Source: Octopus bimaculoides | Lineage: Eukaryota | DNA length: 64,000 bases | Assembly (NCBI RefSeq): GCF_001194135.2 | Contig: NC_068986.1 | Span: forward strand, 115,882,216-115,946,215 | Direction: 5' to 3' | Part shown: piece after piece, positions 56,118 through 64,000 of the stretch | Position numbering within the stretch: position 1 is the stretch's first letter | Layout of the letters: each line of letters begins with the position of its first letter | The notes under the pieces: model-generated | Seen by the model: the letters and a program-made list of their open reading frames with translations, nothing else | Told to the model about the DNA's origin: nothing | Databases searched by the model: none | Made by a program: the position numbers and the translations under genes

Positions 56118-56488
56118 AAAATAAGCAACAGGATATCCAGAAGTAATGCAGTACAATCGTTTCAAGCGACTCCATTTAACTGAACAATGCAACCATTACA
56201 TTAATTTAAATGCAGAGCAATCCTCAGCTGCATAAAGACATAGAATTAAATTAAATTAAAGCTAAAGTGAAGACAGCATGTTCTTTGTCTATCTCTTTAC
56301 CTTCTTGGAGGTTTTAAGTAAAATTATCCTAATGTGTCCATCTGTTTTAATTTCATTTAATTCTATACATTTATGCGGCTGAGGATTGCTCTGCATTTAA
56401 ATTGATGTAATGGTTGCATTGTTCAATTAAATGGAGTTGCTTGAAACGATCATACTGCATTACCTCTCGATATCCTGTTGCTTATTTT
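56118..56488. repeat. Long inverted repeat, arms ~140 bp, spacer ~90 bp
   Basis: 56118-56256 is the reverse complement of 56346-56488 with scattered mismatches. Confidence 0.88.
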
Positions 56489-57139
56489 ATATATATATAT
56501 ATAGATTGATAGAAAGGAAGGTGTTTAATCAGCTGGACACGATAATGAACAGTAGAGTTGTTGCTTGGTTTTTAGCATTTGGTTAGACCACCAGTGTGTA
56601 GAACTGTGATGAATCCCATTCCAGTTGTGATCATCCTGCCTTTCCCGTTTTCTTTTTACCCAGATTATGTTATCTAATGTGTCTTTTTATGAGATAGTAG
56701 TGTGTGTGATTTGAGGGAGATCTAACTGCTAATTCTAGCATTCTGAGTGGTCTCATATTAGGGCTTTTCATTGTCTTGAGAGTAGCTGTTTAATTACTGG
56801 AGAAGTGTTAAGGATATGAATTTTGCTGATATGTAGCAGCAGGTGTAGGCAGGAACTTTGCACGGTTGTTATCAGTAAATAAACAGTAGTAGGTACATAA
56901 AAGATAGACACACAGTGGTAAACATGACTTTGGATGCACCAATTGAACTAAGGGCCATGGACTTGTGGTGCATGGATGGTAATGGGTGGAGGGGTAGATA
57001 AGCTGTGGGTAGATCTGTCACAAGTATTATGGTTATGGAATCACATTTAATGTTACCCTCATATTTTCTGATTTGGGATATTGGGATATTTTCAGTGATT
57101 TGGTTAGCCTCAATGAGGAGGATGTTGTCCTCTGTCTTC

Positions 57140-57468
57140 CTTACCAAAAATGGCCCACCTGGCACCATGCATTCATTGCATTGCAATGGCTGCGATATAT
57201 GGCCACCTCCGATCGGGAGAGGAGCGGCCCGTTTCGCCCATTCTGAGTTTGAGAGTAGACCGAGGCCATCAATTTCCCCGGGGCCTCCAGTCGTTCACTT
57301 TACTGGAGGGAATTGCGTGTTGTTCTCCTGCTGGCGCCAGCTATCCTGAGGAAAACTTTGGAGGGAACCAGCTACTAGACGGTCCGATTGGTCTTTCGCC
57401 CCTACACCCGGTCGATTTGCATGTCAGAGGCGCTTTGGACTTCCGCCAGAGTTTCCTCTGGCTTCGTC
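57140..57468 (-). pseudogene. Dispersed, decayed 28S rRNA fragment
   Basis: The plus strand contains reverse-complement LSU landmarks: CTTACCAAAAATGGCCCAC, CAGCTATCCTGAGGAAAACTTTGGAGGGAACCAGCTACTAGA (LR5 primer site, 2 mismatches), GTCTTTCGCCCCTA and CCAGAGTTTCCTCTGGCTTCG. There are substitutions and a deletion, and no other rDNA nearby. Confidence 0.9.
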
Positions 57469-58027
57469 TCTCTCATTTTAGCATCAATGGAGAGAGAGCA
57501 AACATACAAAAGGTTAGCCAGATTTAACAGGCTAAGATTTCATAAACCTATGAGTGATAAAACAATTAACAGATAATGTCACATTAAATTATTCCTTTAA
57601 ATAGTGGCCAAAAATACAAGACAAGAGGAAGACTTGCTCTCTGGTCTTTCTCTTATCTTTTATCTCTGGCCATCTCTCTCTCACTCAAACTCACACACAC
57701 ACACACACCCTGTGGTCAACTTTGCCTTTCATCAATTTGAGGTTGACAAAATAAAGTAGTCCGTGTAATCATCTTGTCTCCCCCCCACGCCTTAAAATTG
57801 CTGGCCATACACCCTGCTACAGACCAGAGCCCTCCTCAGAGCAATGTTGTTATCTTGGTCACTTATATGGAATGGCAAATGAGAAACTGGCCTTGTGAAT
57901 CGTTGGGCTCAAGGATATATAAAATAGGGATTTACTGCGTGTATGCATATGCAAGAATAACACACCTGATGACTACTGAGGATCAAACCAACTGAAATGT
58001 AGTGTTAATGTGAATATTGTAAATCAG

Positions 58028-58234
58028 GAACCGAGCTGGCAGAATTATTAGCAGACTGGGCAAAGTGCATGCATAGTGGCATTTTGTCTGTCTTTACTTT
58101 CCGAGTTCAAATTCTGCTGAGGTTGACTTTGCATTTCATCCTTTTGGGGTCAGTAAAATAAGTACCAGTTGCGTATGGGAGTTTATATAATCGACTTATC
58201 CCCTCCCACAGACTTGCTGGCTTTGTGCCAAAAT
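58028..58234 (+). mobile_element. tRNA-derived SINE with gactttgcctttcatcc...aagtaccag central domain. Other copies at ~17636, 23700(-), 50580
   Basis: Repeated family with a B-box-like gagttcaaat and a conserved central domain. Confidence 0.75.
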
Positions 58235-58254
58235 TTGAAACCAATATAAATATT

Positions 58255-58471
58255 CTTTTCTACTCTAGGCACAAAGCCCAAAATTTTTGGGGAGTTGGGG
58301 GGGGGCAGTCAATTAGATCGACCCCAGTACGCAACTGGTATTTAATTTATCGACCCTGAAAGGATGAAAACAAAGTCGACCTCAGCAGAATTTGAACTCA
58401 GAACATAAAGACAGATGCAATACCACTAAGCATTTTGCCCAGCATGCTAACGTTTCTGCCAATTCGCTGCC
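58255..58471 (-). mobile_element. Same SINE family, inserted with a 20-bp target-site duplication
   Basis: TTGAAACCAATATAAATATT is present at both 58235-58254 and 58472-58491. Confidence 0.85.
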
Positions 58472-59134
58472 TTGAAACCAATATAAATATTGTGAATATA
58501 CTGAAGATGAAGTCTGAAAATGTATAACCCTCTTCCAGTTAACTGTTGTTTTAATTCATTCATATTATAATTTTGTTTAAATTTTGATTATATATTTTAT
58601 TTGTGTTGTTTGGATTTAAGTAGTTTCACTATACATTCTGATTATATATATATATATTTTATATTTTTATTTGTTCCAGGTTTAAAAAGTTCCAATGGAT
58701 TGTACAAATGACTTCCAAAACGGCCTTCAAGAAAACGTAAACTGTGGTCTCCGGCACTTCTTTCACAGAAATTGCAGAGATTATGTCATTGAACCAGAAG
58801 GAACTACTAGAAACCAATACAATTAATTAAAAAAAAAAAAAAAGAAAAAAAAGAGGATTAAAAGACTCTCATAAATCTCTGATCCACTTTCCACCAATTC
58901 AAAAAAACACTCATAACTGCTCTCCTCACATGTTAACCTCTTCCTCCTCCTCTATTGGCCACATATATCCGTGGATACACTTCAACACAAATATCTCTAC
59001 ACACTTACACCTGTCCATCTGTCTATACACTTTGTGAAAGTGTCTGCCTGTCTGTCTATATAAATTGCATCCTGAATCGGAGTGGAAGAAGTCAAACAAG
59101 TCTGGCAGTGGTAGTGGTGGTGTTACAGAAGCAG

Positions 59135-59141
59135 CAGCAGC

Positions 59142-59178
<37 letters not shown>

Positions 59179-59296
59179 ATAGTAGTTGATATTGCACTTA
59201 AAAGCTGAGCATTTGGTTGAGAAGGAGGAGGACTGGAGAGGTACTTGTAAAATACCTTTTTTAGTATCTACAGAGAGAGGGTGAGTGGGATATATA

Positions 59297-59357
<61 letters not shown>

Positions 59358-59545
59358 TACATACATAGAAGCAAAGGGGATAAGCGGCTGTTATTATAGC
59401 TATCATCTACCTCTACTCTCTCTATTTCACTTCCTCCTACACCACTCCCAGTTGTCCGCCTCCCCCCTTACACTGCCTCCACCACCACCACTGCTGCCGT
59501 CGCCGCCACCGGCGCCTCCACCACCATCACCTCCACCACCATCAG
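59135..59545. repeat. Cluster of (CAG)n, (TAG)n, (TA)n and (CCA/CCG)n simple repeats upstream of MLK
   Basis: Read directly from the sequence. Confidence 0.9.
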
Positions 59546-60478
59546 CTGGTACTGCAAGAATGTTGGGCATTTGGGTCAGTGATTTTAAACTGCATAAAAA
59601 ATGAAGCTCCAGCTAGGTAAATGTAAATAAATAAGATAAAAAAAACACTGTAAACACACTCATGCACTAGTACACACTCACACACACACACACATGCACA
59701 CGTATATATTTGTAAAATACATAGTTAAACACAATAGCAACAAAAACAACAACGACAACAACAGCAGCAGCAGCAGTAATAGCTGCAACACTGAACAGTT
59801 TTTAACACTTCAAATGAAATCAAAGCCTTTTACGAAACTTTCAGCACCCCTCTTTCCTTTTCCTCCTCCTTCTCCTCCTCCCCATACCTGTCTTCCAGTG
59901 CTTTAACTGCTAAACTCATCCCCCCCTCTCTCTCTCGCTCTCTCTGCTGCTCCTCTCATCAAGGTGGGCCACCTTCTCAGCTGAAGGAAAGAACTTCCTT
60001 ATAGACAATCTTTGAATTTTCTTTCATCGCATAGGAGAGAGAGAGAAGTAAGCATACACACACATCACAACATAACTCAGCCGTGTTTGTAGAAAGAGTA
60101 AGCCTTACCTTGAAGCTGTGTAGGTTTTGTAATTTGGTGTATGTTAAAAGAAAAATCTAGTACAACTATACATACATTTTACGCATATAAATGTATATCT
60201 TTATAATCGCACACAAAAACTAAATTAAAATAAAAACTAAATTAAAAAGAGAAAATATATATTCCATCGTATATATAATATATATATATTCCCTTACACA
60301 CACGTGTGTGTGTAAGATATCTATCTATCTATCTATCTATATACTTATAGACACCATTATACATATATATTTATATATATACTACATATAAAAAAAAATT
60401 TCTATTCATTCTTCACTATTATTTTTCTCAAGTAGACAAAAAGAAAAAACGTACTTGGCAGACTCTCTCTCTCTCTCT

Positions 60479-60523
<45 letters not shown>

Positions 60524-61354
60524 CTCATACACTCACACACACAACACCTCAAGTGTTGCAAGAATGCTTAATAACTGGGTCGATTTCTACCACTTCAGTA
60601 AATCTTGCAAAAACTTCAGACAAGAAATTCACCTGCTTCCCGACTCTTACTGCTGTTACTACTACCACCATAGCAACTGTAGTAGTAGTAGTAGCAGTAG
60701 TCGTAGAGGCAGCAGGAGCATTAACAAAAACATTTGCATCAAGTCTACTACAAATAATAATAATAATAACAACAACATTATTGGCCTCATCCGCACCTTC
60801 GCTGAAAATAAAGATATTATAACAAAGAGACTATCTTGCCAATTGTTGCCTAACCTGACCATCACCCCGAACTCCAAGAGCTACCATCATCAGCTGCAAC
60901 GAAGGGGAGGTGGTGGAGGTGGGAAACGGAGACCCCTTCAGTTGAGTGCGACCCCACAATATCGATGTGCTTGTGGCCGTGTTTGTCTTCGTCATATGCT
61001 GAGGAAGAGAGGGAAAACGAGGACGCCGTTGCTCTTTGAGAGGCGACTGCTTCAACACAGTCGCTTTGTAAGACAAGCACCAGTGCTGAAGGGGACGTCT
61101 CTTGGTATTTAGCAGGCATTCATTTGACAACAGGTGCCTGCAAACTGTCCAAATTCATTAAAACAATAAAAAAAGCAATACCCCCTCTCCCCCACCTCAT
61201 TATTTTTCTTTCCATCTAATGGTCACACANNNNNNNNNNCATCATTATTTTCTTTCCATCTAATGGTCACACACACACACACACACACAACGCACACACA
61301 GCACACATTGCATTCTGTTGTTTATATCCATATTGCAGTGTTTTGAATTTCTGA

Positions 61355-63172
<1,818 letters not shown>

Positions 63173-64000
63173 TGATTGATTTGTGTGTTATTCTTGTAAA
63201 CCCTATGAAGTACAAGGATTCCGAACAAGCTTCATACACACTAGTGGGCTCTATGTGTTCTCAATGGTGGTGTTGTGTTCCCAATCAACCATTGAAGTTT
63301 AACTGTTGAAGTTGCTTTAGTTTTACCTCAGAGAAACTCATTGTTGATCTTCTGCTGCCATTGTTTCTGTGGCTGCTGTTGCTGTGTAATGATTTGAATT
63401 ACCATGTCTGATTGTAATAAGTGGTAGTGGTTTGTCATAAAACATCTTAGGTGCTTGGATCTACAATGACATAGCCAATCAGATACCTGTATAATCCTAT
63501 GACAACAGTCATGTATCACACCAGTCATATGTCATTTGAATCACATGACCATCCAGTTATAGTGTCAGTTGTAGTCATTGCTTTGATTACAGGCACTGCC
63601 AGGAACCCTTGTATATGTTTGCTTGTTGGAATTTTGTGTTGGTGATTACTAAGTTGTATTCTTCGTTTTCAGTTAAGACCATTCAAGTTAGCCTCTTTCC
63701 ACACTAAAGACTGCCTGTCAGTATTAAAGTAGGAGTGCTGTCCATTATTCCAATAGAAGACTGTTTGGTTTTTGTCAGTAAATTCCAGAATGTTTCAAAC
63801 TCCAAATTGTTTCTTTTGTCTCAAGCTGGAGATATCCTGTTGGGGAAGCTGAAGTGAGCAGTGTTTTAGGCACTTCATTTAGCCCCTTCTTGATGTAGGG
63901 TTAGCAGAGTGGATCTTAGGAAAGACTGCTCAGATGCAGATGGAGTTGCCAAAGGATGTCTCTGCCTTAGTTCAAATATTGGTAAGCATCACATGGCTCC

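Noticed and set aside
58494-58530. CUGAAGA...GAAA hammerhead-like string
   Set aside because: No viable stem II and no helix III or UH cleavage site.
60564-61130. 182-aa plus-strand ORF and overlapping minus-strand ORFs upstream of MLK
   Set aside because: Driven by trinucleotide repeats with no domain. At most a uORF in a 5'UTR, and not supportable without data.

Overview
AT-rich, microsatellite- and retroposon-dense animal genomic DNA with about 14 N gaps. The SINE/LINE repertoire suggests an octopod cephalopod such as Octopus (inference). Two protein-coding genes are supported, arranged head-to-head about 38.7 kb apart. Pecanex lies on the minus strand, with three phase-compatible coding exons at 22679-22527, 9806-9586 and 7085-6910; exon 1 is missed by the ORF track. 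A mixed-lineage kinase (MLK, MAP3K9/10/11/21, slipper family) lies on the plus strand, with its SH3 plus N-terminal kinase exon ending at 62666. The rest is RTE- and CR1-type LINE fragments, several tRNA-derived SINE families, a mariner element, MITE/foldback elements, a decayed 28S rRNA fragment and simple repeats. The main findings are three. (1) The divergent pecanex-MLK pair mirrors the human PCNX3-MAP3K11, PCNX1-MAP3K9 and PCNX2-MAP3K21 pairs, suggesting a very old conserved gene pair. (2) Eight minimal, Penelope-type hammerhead ribozyme motifs occur here, two of them inside a tRNA-headed SINE-like element. (3) An orphan promoter-like island sits in the intergenic space. All alignments and folds were done by eye; repeat boundaries are approximate and family names tentative.
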